Assembly: GCA_964507625.1 (NCBI GenBank)
Contig: CAZDPR010000001.1
Span: forward strand, 5,012-69,011
Direction of reading: 5' to 3'
DNA from: an uncultured Candidatus Saccharibacteria bacterium
GTDB taxonomy: Bacteria; Patescibacteriota; Minisyncoccia; Phycocordibacterales; UBA1006
DNA: 64,000 bases
Each line of letters starts with the position of its first letter. The stretch's first letter is position 1. The notes beneath the pieces were generated by a model. It was given only the letters and a program-made list of their open reading frames with translations, ran no database searches and was not told the DNA's origin. The position numbers were made by a program, and so were the translations under genes. Below are positions 38,044 to 47,986 of the stretch, one piece after another.

Positions 38044-39558
38044 TCATTGTTTTGGTCGGTATTGTAACGCTTCTAATATATGATCAGGCATAATCACTGG
38101 ACAATGTTCCAAATCTGCAATTGTTTGAGCAAGTTTAATGACTCGATGATATGCACGAGGAGATAATTTTAACTTTTCAGCGCTCGTATTGAGTATATTT
38201 TTTACTTCAGGAGAAAGTGATATTTTTTCAATATCACGTGCAGACATGTGTGCATTACATTTTGATTTTGAATTAAATCGCTTTTCTTGAATAGCTCTTG
38301 TTTTTATAACTCGATTACGAACATTATTACTGGATTCGCTATTTTGGGAAGTACTGAGTTTTTCATAATCAATATGTTCTACCGGAATCCAAATATCAAT
38401 ACGGTCAATAATTGGTCCAGAAATTTTTCTAGCATAACGTGCAATATCAGATTGTGTGCATATACATTTTTTATGGAGCGACCCTTTATTTCCGCATGGG
38501 CAAGGATTCATTGCTGCAATTAAAATAAATTGCGACGGAAACGAAATAGTTCCTTTTGCACGGGAAATGGTTACAATCCTGTCTTCTAAAGGCTGTCGTA
38601 ATGATTCTAGTACTCTATTTTCAAACTCAGGAAATTCATCAAGAAACAAAACCCCGTGATGTGCTAATGTTACCTCACCGGGTTTTGGAATAGCGCCTCC
38701 TCCAATTAATGAAACATAACTGGCAGTGTGGTGTGGTGAACGAAACGGAGGATGGGTAATGAGTGGTTCTTGTAATATTCCTGAAATACTATGAATACCA
38801 GTAATAACAAGTGCTTCATCTGTTGATAGTTGAGGAAGTATTCCTGAAAAAGCTCGTGCAAGCATTGTTTTTCCAGTTCCTGGTGGGCCGTACATAACAA
38901 TATTATGACACCCTGCTGCAGCTATTTCGAGTCCTCGTTTTGCAATTTCTTGACCTTTGATGTCGTTAAAATCAGTCGCTACCTGGGATTCTTTTTTAAT
39001 AATTATTGTTTTTTCTTGGGGTTGTATTTTCTGTTTATCAGTGAGATGGTTAATAATTTCAATGAGGGTTTTTGTAGGATAAATAGTAATTCCGTCGATG
39101 AGTGCAGCTTCTTCTCGATTATCGTAGGGTACAAAAATTTCTAAAAAACCTTTTGCTTTAGCGTGTTGTACCAAAGGAAGTATTCCATTCACTTTTCCAA
39201 CATCACCATTCAATGATAATTCTCCTAAAAATATTTTTGATTCAGGATCAAATACGATAGAGTGTGATGATAACAAGTATCCAAGCGCAATTGCAACATC
39301 AAAATAGGAACCTTCCTTTTTTATTTCTGCTGGAGCCAACGATACCACGGTTTTAAAATTTTCTTGTTTCGGAGAAATGAATCCAGAATTTTTAAGTGCA
39401 CTTGATACGCGATCACGAGATTCTTCCACCGCTTTATCAGGTAGGCCGATAATCGTAAAACTGTGCATACCGTTCGTAATATCTACTTCAACCGTAATGA
39501 TGTGTCCCTGTAAATGAAATGGCTGTGCACTATATACACGTGAAAATGTGGAGAGCAT
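38044..39558 (-). CDS. comM: YifB/ComM-family Mg-chelatase-like AAA+ ATPase
   Basis: 504 aa; Walker A MYGPPGTGKTMLA; N-terminal Lon-like domain; C-terminal Mg-chelatase domain. Confidence 0.8.
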   Translation of the reverse strand: MLSTFSRVYSAQPFHLQGHIITVEVDITNGMHSFTIIGLPDKAVEESRDRVSSALKNSGFISPKQENFKTVVSLAPAEIKKEGSYFDVAIALGYLLSSHSIVFDPESKIFLGELSLNGDVGKVNGILPLVQHAKAKGFLEIFVPYDNREEAALIDGITIYPTKTLIEIINHLTDKQKIQPQEKTIIIKKESQVATDFNDIKGQEIAKRGLEIAAAGCHNIVMYGPPGTGKTMLARAFSGILPQLSTDEALVITGIHSISGILQEPLITHPPFRSPHHTASYVSLIGGGAIPKPGEVTLAHHGVLFLDEFPEFENRVLESLRQPLEDRIVTISRAKGTISFPSQFILIAAMNPCPCGNKGSLHKKCICTQSDIARYARKISGPIIDRIDIWIPVEHIDYEKLSTSQNSESSNNVRNRVIKTRAIQEKRFNSKSKCNAHMSARDIEKISLSPEVKNILNTSAEKLKLSPRAYHRVIKLAQTIADLEHCPVIMPDHILEALQYRPKQ

Positions 39559-39592
39559 ATGAATAAATTATAATACAAAATGTGTAATTAAA

Positions 39593-39622
39593 AAATAAAA
39601 CACCGTACGGTGTTTTATTTTT
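39593..39622 (-). terminator. terminator
   Basis: AAAACACCG-tac-GGTGTTTTATTTTTT. Confidence 0.65.
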
Positions 39623-39993
39623 TAATTCATGTGTGCCTTACAGGTTCGAGCTGATGGATTAGCCTGGAGTCGATCGATTTCAATCGGTTGTCCAGATTTT
39701 TCACAAACCCCATAATTACCACCCTCTATTTTTTTGAGTGCATCACGAACATCATGTAACTTTTTTTCCAATTCACCTAACCGTGCTGATCGTGATTCAA
39801 ATTCTTCAACATAATCAGCTTGATCTGAATAATCTGCATCAGCTTCACCGTCGTTTTCCATAGGAACGGCATACCAATCCCCCGTTTGGGGATTTTCTCT
39901 CCCAATATCAGTTAATTCTTCGATCAAGTTTTTTTGCTCACCAAGAAGTTGTTCTTTAAGTGATGCGAGCAATGTTTTTTCTATGTGTTTCAT
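39622..39993 (-). CDS. DksA/TraR-family C4-type zinc-finger protein (degenerate Cys set)
   Basis: 123 aa; coiled-coil N-terminus, acidic stretch, C-terminal ...GNYGVCEKSGQPIEIDRLQANPSARTCKAH. Confidence 0.55.
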   Translation of the reverse strand: MKHIEKTLLASLKEQLLGEQKNLIEELTDIGRENPQTGDWYAVPMENDGEADADYSDQADYVEEFESRSARLGELEKKLHDVRDALKKIEGGNYGVCEKSGQPIEIDRLQANPSARTCKAHMN

Positions 39994-40010
39994 AAAATTT
40001 TACAGTATTA

Positions 40011-41636
40011 TTACCGTTCAATAATCCTTCTAATAAGTGGTTGTAGTATATCAGGTTCAGGGGTAATGACAAGGATATTTCTGGTTATAAAACCATAATA
40101 GAGTTCTTGTCCATCTTTGGTTCCAAATCGAACAGGGACATTATTACGAACTATTTGAGTAAATACTGTTTCTTCAGGAATATTTGAAACAATATTGGAT
40201 TCTAATACGGGCTCCTCTATTGTCACCACCTGTTCATTATCCTCTACAATTTCTATTGGTATATTTTCAATAATTTCAACTGGATTCAAAACGATAACAT
40301 CTTCTTCTCTAGGAATATTTTCAGTTGATTCTGATAGTAATTGCTCTGGAGTAGTTTCAGTAATATTTTCCATTGATTCGTAATAGAAGCTAAATAGGTC
40401 TTTTGTATCAGGTAAAATTGTTTTCTCCCAGTTTTTCATAAAGAGAGTTACTGTTTCAGGATCGTTTATTATGAGTGCAAGAAACGGAGCAGGTGTCGTA
40501 TTTTCAGATAGTGTAAAAGTTCCATATATCCAATTATCAGTTTTTCCAGAAAGTCCAGAAGGAATGGTAACTGAAAATAATTTCATAGCATCATTTAAAA
40601 GTAAAAACTCGTTATTGCGAACAGGTAAAATCGCATGAAATACTTTTTGTTCAAAAAACTTCTGTTGCAATTCTTTTAACTCTGTAACAATGTCACTATT
40701 TTCACGAACACGAATAATTGATTCATGTTCGACTTTCATAAACGTATTATAGATTGGTCGATTAATAAAATTAGGGGCAACTCGATCAATCATTGGGCGA
40801 AGTCCATACACCAATAATCCTAGGCCAAAAATTATAAATAAAATAGTTCCGATGATAAATCCAATATTTTTTGGATTTTTTATGCTTGCTTGTTTTTTCA
40901 AATCTTCGTTTACCTTTGCTTCTGCGAGGAGTTCCGAAATTACCCTTCCTTGGTATCCTGCAATACTTTTCGCAAGCGCAGTGTCATAGGTAGTTGTTGC
41001 GGAAAGTGATGTTGCAACAATATGTTCTCGATCTACTTGTTTTTGTTGTTCTATTTGAATTTTTTCTTGTTCTATAATTTCTTGAGTAATTTGATTAAAT
41101 TCTTTTTGTAGGATTTGAAATAATGCTGGTTCAGATTCATTTACAAAATGGTCGGTACCGTTTAGTGGAAAATTGAGTCCTGGAATTTTTTCTGCAAAGA
41201 AAATTGAAAATGATGGATCTATAAAAGGGTCGGCAGTATTCCAGATATGAATAACTTTTTTTGTATGTGCAATGACTTGTTCTGTTAACACTGGGGTTTC
41301 CAAAAAAGTTTTTGCAATAGGTACATATCCCTTATGGTCAGGTGTTTGTGCGGTACCTGCAACACTCACATAAAGTTTAATTGAAACTGAAAGTGTTTCT
41401 AAAAATTTTAATAGAAGGAGTGAGCTGATACCATGGGTGATAACGATAGTTTCTGGAGTGAATTGTTCTCGATATTTTTCAAGTGCAGGAATCCAAAATT
41501 CTGCACCTTGTAAATTACCTTCTGGAAGTTCGGGGGTAATGAGTGTATATCCTTTTGGAAGAATTGTTTCCACTGATTGATACCAGATATCTGTTGGTTT
41601 TAAAAACGCATCATGCAATACAATAACCTGTTTCAT
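40011..41636 (-). CDS. hypothetical membrane protein with an N-terminal alpha/beta-hydrolase-like segment
   Basis: VIVLHDAF...ITHGISS (GxSxG-like); mid-protein TM IGFIIGTILFIIFGLGLLVYGL; start set to MKQVIV. Confidence 0.4.
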   Translation of the reverse strand: MKQVIVLHDAFLKPTDIWYQSVETILPKGYTLITPELPEGNLQGAEFWIPALEKYREQFTPETIVITHGISSLLLLKFLETLSVSIKLYVSVAGTAQTPDHKGYVPIAKTFLETPVLTEQVIAHTKKVIHIWNTADPFIDPSFSIFFAEKIPGLNFPLNGTDHFVNESEPALFQILQKEFNQITQEIIEQEKIQIEQQKQVDREHIVATSLSATTTYDTALAKSIAGYQGRVISELLAEAKVNEDLKKQASIKNPKNIGFIIGTILFIIFGLGLLVYGLRPMIDRVAPNFINRPIYNTFMKVEHESIIRVRENSDIVTELKELQQKFFEQKVFHAILPVRNNEFLLLNDAMKLFSVTIPSGLSGKTDNWIYGTFTLSENTTPAPFLALIINDPETVTLFMKNWEKTILPDTKDLFSFYYESMENITETTPEQLLSESTENIPREEDVIVLNPVEIIENIPIEIVEDNEQVVTIEEPVLESNIVSNIPEETVFTQIVRNNVPVRFGTKDGQELYYGFITRNILVITPEPDILQPLIRRIIER

Positions 41637-41676
41637 AGTGATAGTATACCAGACAAAAAAATTTTTGTATTCAAAA

Positions 41677-41708
41677 AACAACACCATGATCATGGTGTTG
41701 TTTTTTGA
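41677..41708 (-). terminator. terminator
   Basis: CAACACCATGATCATGGTGTTGTTTTTTG. Confidence 0.65.
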
Positions 41709-41709
41709 A

Positions 41710-41973
41710 TTATTTTAATCCAACTTTTTTCAAGATTGACTCATATGCTTCAGGATTTTTTTTCTTGAGATAAGTAAGAAGTTTTCTTCGTTCAGAAACC
41801 ATCATTACTAACCCTCGGCGTGAATGAACATCTTTTTTGTGCAGCTGCAAATGAGCGGTCAAGTGATTAATTTGCTCACTGAGTAACGCAACTTGTACTT
41901 CAGGTGATCCAGTATTTTTATCAGAACCTCCAAAGTTTTTCACAATTTTTGCTTTTGATTCTTTCGTTAGCAT
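41710..41973 (-). CDS. rpsO: 30S ribosomal protein S15
   Basis: MLTKESKAKIVKNFGGSDKNTGSPEVQVALLSEQINHLTAHLQLHKKDVHSRRGL...; ORF trimmed to the internal Met. Confidence 0.85.
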   Translation of the reverse strand: MLTKESKAKIVKNFGGSDKNTGSPEVQVALLSEQINHLTAHLQLHKKDVHSRRGLVMMVSERRKLLTYLKKKNPEAYESILKKVGLK

Positions 41974-42126
41974 AACTACAGTATAGCATATATTATATTT
42001 TTTTGCAAGTATCCCAAGTTGCAAATATGATTCTCTTGTTTTATATAAATTTGAATATGAAGAGTCTGATTTTTGGTAATTGCGTAACCAGAAAATGTCG
42101 TAAAATATGCTATACTCATTCATAGT

Positions 42127-43083
42127 ATGAACGTAATAGAAGCGCTCCAACAATTTTTAGAATATGTAGAAATTGAACGAGGTCGGTCACTCAATACCGT
42201 CCGTAATTATGATCACTATCTGCACACCTTTTTTAATCACGGAAAAATTGTGAAACTGTCTGATATTACCGAATCAAAAATTCGTGAGTTTCGACTCCAC
42301 TTGAATCGGAGTCAGGGAATAAAAATAAAAGGTCAGTCACAAGGAACTATGAAAAAAGTTACTCAGAATTATTACATGATTGCGATTCGTTCCTTTCTCA
42401 AGTTTCTCAAGAAACGAAACCTTAACTCCCTTTCTCCTGATGCTATTGAACTTGCAAAAGTTGGAGCTCGCGACATTGATCATTTATCAAGTGATGAACT
42501 CAAACGATTGTTACACGCGCCAAAAATTGCATACGAACAACTGATTAACGGAAAAAAAGAAAGCGATAAACAAGGGTATGAAAGAGAACGATTACTACGA
42601 GACGCTGCAATTTTGGAATTGTTTTTTTCTACTGGATTGCGTTTATCAGAACTGTGCTCACTCAATCGTGATTTAGATTTACAAAAAGATGAATTCAGTA
42701 TCAGAGGTAAGGGCGATAAAGTTCGTGTGGTATTTTTATCAGATACTGCAAAACAATCAATTCGTGAATATTTAAAAATACGTAAAGATTTTGCAGAACC
42801 TTTGTTTACTAATATGTCGTTTCATAAGACTAATGATGCACGACTAACCCCACGATCAATTCAGCGTATTGTGAAACAGTATGCAACGATTGCAGGTATT
42901 TCAAAAAAAGTTACCCCACACATGTTGCGACACAGTTTTGCAACTGATCTACTATCTAATGGTGCTGATATTCGATCGGTACAAATGATGTTAGGTCATG
43001 CAAATATTGCAACGACACAAGTCTATACGCATGTGACGGATAAACAATTACGAGACATTCATAAAAAGTTTCATGGGAAATAA
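42127..43083 (+). CDS. tyrosine site-specific recombinase, XerC/XerD family
   Basis: 318 aa; N-terminal SAM-like domain, catalytic R...HxxR...Y: LRHSFATDLLSNGADIRSVQMMLGHANIATTQVYTHV. Confidence 0.8.
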   Translation: MNVIEALQQFLEYVEIERGRSLNTVRNYDHYLHTFFNHGKIVKLSDITESKIREFRLHLNRSQGIKIKGQSQGTMKKVTQNYYMIAIRSFLKFLKKRNLNSLSPDAIELAKVGARDIDHLSSDELKRLLHAPKIAYEQLINGKKESDKQGYERERLLRDAAILELFFSTGLRLSELCSLNRDLDLQKDEFSIRGKGDKVRVVFLSDTAKQSIREYLKIRKDFAEPLFTNMSFHKTNDARLTPRSIQRIVKQYATIAGISKKVTPHMLRHSFATDLLSNGADIRSVQMMLGHANIATTQVYTHVTDKQLRDIHKKFHGK

Positions 43084-43813
43084 AAAGTTTCATAATTATG
43101 AAACTTTTTTTCGTGACAAAAAATTTTACCAACGTATAATAGAAATAATTATGGACACACAAAAGCAATACAACTATTTTGATCTTTCCTATCGCACCGG
43201 ATCTGATGTATGGACGCATACACCATATCATAAAACTGCATTGCGCATACTTCCCCCGCTCCCTGCAGGAACCATTGTGCTCGACATTGGATCAGGTCGT
43301 GGTATATGGGCTGTGAAACTCATCGAACAAGGATACCGTGTAATCGGCGTTGATTATGTAAAATCAATCGTAGAAAAATTAAATCAAGACATCAAAGAAT
43401 ATGCGAACGCAGAAAAAATTCGTTTCATTCAGGCTGAAGCAACCGATCTCCCTTTTACAGACAATAGTATTGAGCTTGCAACCGAAATTGGTCTTATGCA
43501 ACATTTTGATCACGACCATCAATTAAAGTATGTAACAGAATTACAGAGAATTATAAAATCAGGTGGATATGTATTATCGGTTAATCTTTCAGATCAAACA
43601 CCGCGATATTTAGATTTCACTCCAAAAACAAAAAATAATTCCCCATATGAAAAATTTGGGGTGAGTTATACCTTTTTTTCAAAAGAAGAAGTTGCAGAAA
43701 TGTTTGGCCAATACGGCTTTACAACAATACATCAAGAAATTGAATTTTTTGATTCTCGTACTGATCCAGGTGAATCGCTCGGGTTACTGTTTACGCTCGC
43801 ACAAAAAAAATAG
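43073..43813 (+). CDS. class I SAM-dependent methyltransferase
   Basis: VLDIGSGRGIWA (motif I), VIGVD, ...IKSGGYVL; true start possibly Met at about 43151. Confidence 0.6.
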   Translation: MGNKKFHNYETFFRDKKFYQRIIEIIMDTQKQYNYFDLSYRTGSDVWTHTPYHKTALRILPPLPAGTIVLDIGSGRGIWAVKLIEQGYRVIGVDYVKSIVEKLNQDIKEYANAEKIRFIQAEATDLPFTDNSIELATEIGLMQHFDHDHQLKYVTELQRIIKSGGYVLSVNLSDQTPRYLDFTPKTKNNSPYEKFGVSYTFFSKEEVAEMFGQYGFTTIHQEIEFFDSRTDPGESLGLLFTLAQKK

Positions 43814-43833
43814 CACCCGAAGGTGCTTTTTTG
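43806..43833. terminator. bidirectional terminator
   Basis: AAAAAAATAGCACC-cgaa-GGTGCTTTTTTG. Confidence 0.65.
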
Positions 43834-44094
43834 TTATAACAATTTTTCAGCTATAAGGAATAATCCAATATAGCCGACTAGTTGCATAAAACGAATCTTT
43901 TCATGTTGTTCGTATGTTTCAGATAATGAGTTACGAACAGTGTAGAAAAAATCGTCAGCGTAATTTTGGACAGTTCTCGAATGTTTTGGTTGCACTTCTT
44001 CACCGTCCTTGAGTTCGTAGATGAATTCTCTTTTTTCTTGAATTGCTACACGTACACACTCTAACTCTGATAAGAGATTGCTCAAAGACCGCAT
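43834..44094 (-). CDS. hypothetical 86-aa protein
   Basis: ORF only; a G9 homopolymer lies 46 nt upstream of its start. Confidence 0.3.
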   Translation of the reverse strand: MRSLSNLLSELECVRVAIQEKREFIYELKDGEEVQPKHSRTVQNYADDFFYTVRNSLSETYEQHEKIRFMQLVGYIGLFLIAEKLL

Positions 44095-44139
44095 TGCATC
44101 TTTTTTAATTGATTTTATTTCTCCTACAGAAAGTTTTCT

Positions 44140-44148
44140 GGGGGGGGG
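44140..44148. repeat. G9 homopolymeric tract in an intergenic/promoter region
   Basis: ctgGGGGGGGGGtt in a roughly 30% GC background. Confidence 0.7.
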
Positions 44149-44296
44149 TTAATTTTTCAGAGTTGTATGTTTCAATGGTTGTTTCAATTTTAGTCATCAC
44201 AACACTATCAGGGAGACACATATTTTTTTATTTGGTTCAAATATACTATACCATATATACAAAAATAATCAAACTCAACAATGTTGTGCTATACTC

Positions 44297-45100
44297 ATGT
44301 ATATGAAACTCGTCACATGGAATGTAAATGGAATTCGGTCGGTGCATAAAAAAGGAGTATTCGAACCGATGATTGCAATGCTTGAACCTGATGTTATCTG
44401 TCTCCAAGAAACCAAGGCACACCAACATCAGTCCCCGCTTGATCTGGCTGATTATCACGAATATTGGAATTCAGCAGAAAAAAAGGGTTACAGTGGTACG
44501 GCGATTTTTACCAAAGAAAAACCAATTACGGTGATTAATAATTTCCCAGAACATATTGTTAAAAAATATAAATTGGAAAATGACGGGTATGGGGATCCAA
44601 ATAACGAAGGTCGTGTGATTGCAGTAGAGCTTAAAAAAGTTTTTGTCGTGTGTGTGTACACGCCGAATGCAAAACCGGATTTATCACGATTGGCACTCCG
44701 TGCAAAACAATGGGATCCAGCGTTTTTGGAATTTTGTAAAGAATTAGAAACTAAAAAACCGGTATTATTTTGTGGAGATTTAAATGTTGCACATACTTTT
44801 GATGATCTCGCAAACCCCAAAGCCAACATCGGTGAACATGGATTTACTAATGAGGAACGATCAGGAATCGATAACATTATTCAATCAGGATTTATTGATA
44901 CATTCAGAATGTTTTATACGGGGAATGGTCACTACACCTGGTGGAGTAATTTTGGAAATGCACGAACAAGGAATGTTGGCTGGAGAATTGACTATTGGTT
45001 TGTTTCAAAAAAACTACAATCAAAAGTCATTGATACAAAAATATATCCCGAAATCACCGGGTCTGACCACTGCCCTGTCTTGCTTGAAATTAATATATAA
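44297..45100 (+). CDS. xth: exodeoxyribonuclease III / AP endonuclease
   Basis: WNVNGIRS...ICLQETK...SDHCPV signature motifs. Confidence 0.85.
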   Translation: MYMKLVTWNVNGIRSVHKKGVFEPMIAMLEPDVICLQETKAHQHQSPLDLADYHEYWNSAEKKGYSGTAIFTKEKPITVINNFPEHIVKKYKLENDGYGDPNNEGRVIAVELKKVFVVCVYTPNAKPDLSRLALRAKQWDPAFLEFCKELETKKPVLFCGDLNVAHTFDDLANPKANIGEHGFTNEERSGIDNIIQSGFIDTFRMFYTGNGHYTWWSNFGNARTRNVGWRIDYWFVSKKLQSKVIDTKIYPEITGSDHCPVLLEINI

Positions 45101-45128
45101 GTATACTGTTTTTTGAAAAGCAGAAAAT

Positions 45129-45335
45129 ATGAATATAACACAAGAAGGTGTACAGCTCGAATTGTTTGAACGTACCCCAAAAGAGCAAGCAGAGATAATT
45201 TTCCATAACTGTGGAACTGTTATCGAATTGCAAAATGCAACATCAGATAGAAAATACTCAAAAGAAGTTCAAGCTGAACTTCTCAGGTTACTACAAACTG
45301 ATCCTCGGGTGAAAAATCTACCAGAGGGCTTGTAA
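45129..45335 (+). CDS. hypothetical 68-aa protein
   Basis: ORF only. Confidence 0.25.
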   Translation: MNITQEGVQLELFERTPKEQAEIIFHNCGTVIELQNATSDRKYSKEVQAELLRLLQTDPRVKNLPEGL

Positions 45336-45424
45336 AGAACACCGGGTCACCTGACTCGGTTTTTTGTAATATATTTTTTCTTTGTAAAGATTATGTCTTT
45401 TATGGTTTGTGTATATAATTAATT

Positions 45425-47038
45425 ATGCACACTCAAAACAATACTCAAAAATATATTTTTATTACTGGCGGGGTCGTATCAGGATTGGGAAAAGGAATTA
45501 TGGGGGCCAGTATTGGACTCATTTTAAAATCCAGCGGGATAACAGTGGAAGCATTAAAAATGGATCCTTATTTAAATGTTGATCCAGGAACGATGTCACC
45601 CTACGAACATGGCGAGGTATATGTACTGGCCGATGGTGCGGAAACCGACCTTGATCTTGGGCACTATGAACGATTCCTGAACACGAACCTCACCGGACGG
45701 AGCTCTGTTTCTGCAGGTAAAATTTACCAATCAGTACTCGATAAAGAACGTAAGGGTGAATATCTAGGTCATACCGTACAACTCATTCCCCATATTACTG
45801 ATAAAATCAAACAAATTTATACAACTTCAGACAGCGAAATAAAGATTATTGAAATTGGTGGTTCGACTGGTGATATGGAAGCAGAAGTTTTTCTGGAAGG
45901 TATCCGACAGTTTAAACGAGATCGTCCTGACCAGGTGCTCCATGTTCATCTGGGTTATATTCCCTATCTGGCGGTTTCTGGAGAATATAAAACAAAACCA
46001 ATTCAAAATTCTATCAAAGAGTTGCTTCGCATCGGATTACAACCAGATATTATTGCTGCACGATTTGAACCAAAAGACGATGAAACACTTGCTGATGGAA
46101 TTCTGGAAAAAATTGCTCTGTTTTGTAACTTGTCCAAAGATCGTGTTATTCCCTGCCCTGACCTGAACAATATTTATCAAGTCCCACTCCACCTGCTCCA
46201 GAATACAGCAATTACCAATATTTTAGGAGAATTCTACGAACAATCAATTAATCCGAAACTCCCTCAGTTTTTTACCGACTATCAATCAGAAAAAACAAAA
46301 AAAGTTTCTATTGCGCTCGTTGCAAAATATACCAAACTTTCTGATTCATATCTCAGCGTTATTGAATCAATTAAAATTGCTGCTACTGCACAAGGGGTCA
46401 TGGCACACATTGATATACTTGATGCTGATGATCCACAATTACTTGATACGCTTGCTACCTATGACGGGATTATTGTACCCGGTGGATTCGGTTCGCGTGG
46501 AATGGAAGGGAAAATAAAAGCAATTCAATATGCTCGAGAAAACAAAAAACCATTCCTTGGGATTTGTTTAGGGTTACAATTAGCAACAATTGAATTTGCA
46601 CGACACGTTGCAGGAATCACTAACGCTGTGAGTCGTGAAATGGACCACACTAATGACACCGATGCGTTTATTATTGATTACATTCCAGAACAATTAAAAA
46701 TAGAACATAAAGGCGGTACGATGCGGTTAGGTAATTATGTATGCACGCTCGAACCAAACACCAAAATTGGATCGTTGTTCGGATCATTTGAAACTATCGA
46801 ACGACATCGTCACCGACTAGAGGTGCAAAACCAATATGTTCCAGATTTAGAAAAACATGGATTCAAAGTTTCTGGAAAGTTCAAAAAATCTGGTTCCGAT
46901 GATTATTTGGTAGAAATGATTGAGTTATCAGAAAACCTTCATCCATATTTTGTAGCTACGCAATCACACCCCGAATTTCTATCACGCCCCGACCTCCCTC
47001 ATCCGTTGTTTGCAGGACTCGTTAAAGCATGTTTGTAA
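45425..47038 (+). CDS. pyrG: CTP synthase
   Basis: FITGGVVSGLGKGI N-terminus; GATase domain GICLGLQ; 537 aa. Confidence 0.9.
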   Translation: MHTQNNTQKYIFITGGVVSGLGKGIMGASIGLILKSSGITVEALKMDPYLNVDPGTMSPYEHGEVYVLADGAETDLDLGHYERFLNTNLTGRSSVSAGKIYQSVLDKERKGEYLGHTVQLIPHITDKIKQIYTTSDSEIKIIEIGGSTGDMEAEVFLEGIRQFKRDRPDQVLHVHLGYIPYLAVSGEYKTKPIQNSIKELLRIGLQPDIIAARFEPKDDETLADGILEKIALFCNLSKDRVIPCPDLNNIYQVPLHLLQNTAITNILGEFYEQSINPKLPQFFTDYQSEKTKKVSIALVAKYTKLSDSYLSVIESIKIAATAQGVMAHIDILDADDPQLLDTLATYDGIIVPGGFGSRGMEGKIKAIQYARENKKPFLGICLGLQLATIEFARHVAGITNAVSREMDHTNDTDAFIIDYIPEQLKIEHKGGTMRLGNYVCTLEPNTKIGSLFGSFETIERHRHRLEVQNQYVPDLEKHGFKVSGKFKKSGSDDYLVEMIELSENLHPYFVATQSHPEFLSRPDLPHPLFAGLVKACL

Positions 47039-47067
47039 CAAAAAACTACCTAACAGGTAGTTTTTTG
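47039..47067. terminator. bidirectional terminator
   Basis: AAAAAACTACC-taaca-GGTAGTTTTTTG. Confidence 0.65.
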
Positions 47068-47069
47068 TT

Positions 47070-47876
47070 TTATATATTTTTATTAAAAAGTTCCTGAACA
47101 CGTCTTTTATATGTTATATCTGCATTAAAATAATCATCTGAAAAGTTGGGATTTGTAATATAAATATCTGTTTCAAATACTCCTTTTTCAAATTCCATAA
47201 AAGTAAACATTTTATCAGCAAGTTCTTTAGGTGTAATCCAAAATTCAGGATTTACTTTTGTTGAAAAAATAAAGGGTCGTTCGATCATTTCATCAACCGT
47301 AAAGATTGTGCTTGTGTTAAATAGATATATACTAACATTTTGAAAAGTTCCCTGGATTTTCTTTGAAAAGTTTTTTACCACATCTCGTGATTTTTTAAAT
47401 GATTGAAAAACTGGAATATTGTGCATATCAGCAAGTGAACCAAAAGAGACAACTCTTAGTTCTTTGTTTAAACTATTTGTTTTTTCAGCTAGAATCTCAA
47501 CCATTTCTATATAAGATTTTGCAACAAGATTATAAACCTCGTCATCAATTCCGTCATTGTCAAAATCATTTGCAACATTAATTTCTAGATTACTATTAAT
47601 TTCAGTTTTAAATTCACCAACAAGATGAAAATACTCAACAGAATTTACATTCGTAAAAGATATTTTTTTTAGAAAGTCTTTAATGCTATTTGAGTCAGCA
47701 AGGTCAACTTTAACAATTAAGTGGTGCTCAGGCAGTTTTTCAATACTTGAAATATCTACTCCTCTACGAGAAATACCATAAACTATAGTATTTTTTTGAC
47801 TAATATATTTTCGAGCAACTTCTTGCCCAATTGATCCGGTAATTCCAGACACGATAATAATTTTTTTATTTTCCAT
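47070..47876 (-). CDS. NAD(P)-binding Rossmann-fold protein (SDR/epimerase-like)
   Basis: N-terminal IIIVSGITGSIGQEVARK glycine-rich dinucleotide-binding motif. Confidence 0.5.
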   Translation of the reverse strand: MENKKIIIVSGITGSIGQEVARKYISQKNTIVYGISRRGVDISSIEKLPEHHLIVKVDLADSNSIKDFLKKISFTNVNSVEYFHLVGEFKTEINSNLEINVANDFDNDGIDDEVYNLVAKSYIEMVEILAEKTNSLNKELRVVSFGSLADMHNIPVFQSFKKSRDVVKNFSKKIQGTFQNVSIYLFNTSTIFTVDEMIERPFIFSTKVNPEFWITPKELADKMFTFMEFEKGVFETDIYITNPNFSDDYFNADITYKRRVQELFNKNI

Positions 47877-47986
47877 ATTGAAATAATAGCATTTATTTAA
47901 TAAAAAGTCAATTTATAATAATAAAATATGTATTTAGTAAAAAAATACTTTACTTTTTATTAAAAAACAGATATGATACAAGGTAT

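Noticed and set aside
42127-43083. Tyrosine recombinase as a marker of an integrated mobile element
   Set aside because: It has native composition, sits among housekeeping genes (rpsO, xth, pyrG), and has no flanking repeats or cargo. It is more likely the chromosomal XerC/XerD dimer-resolution recombinase.
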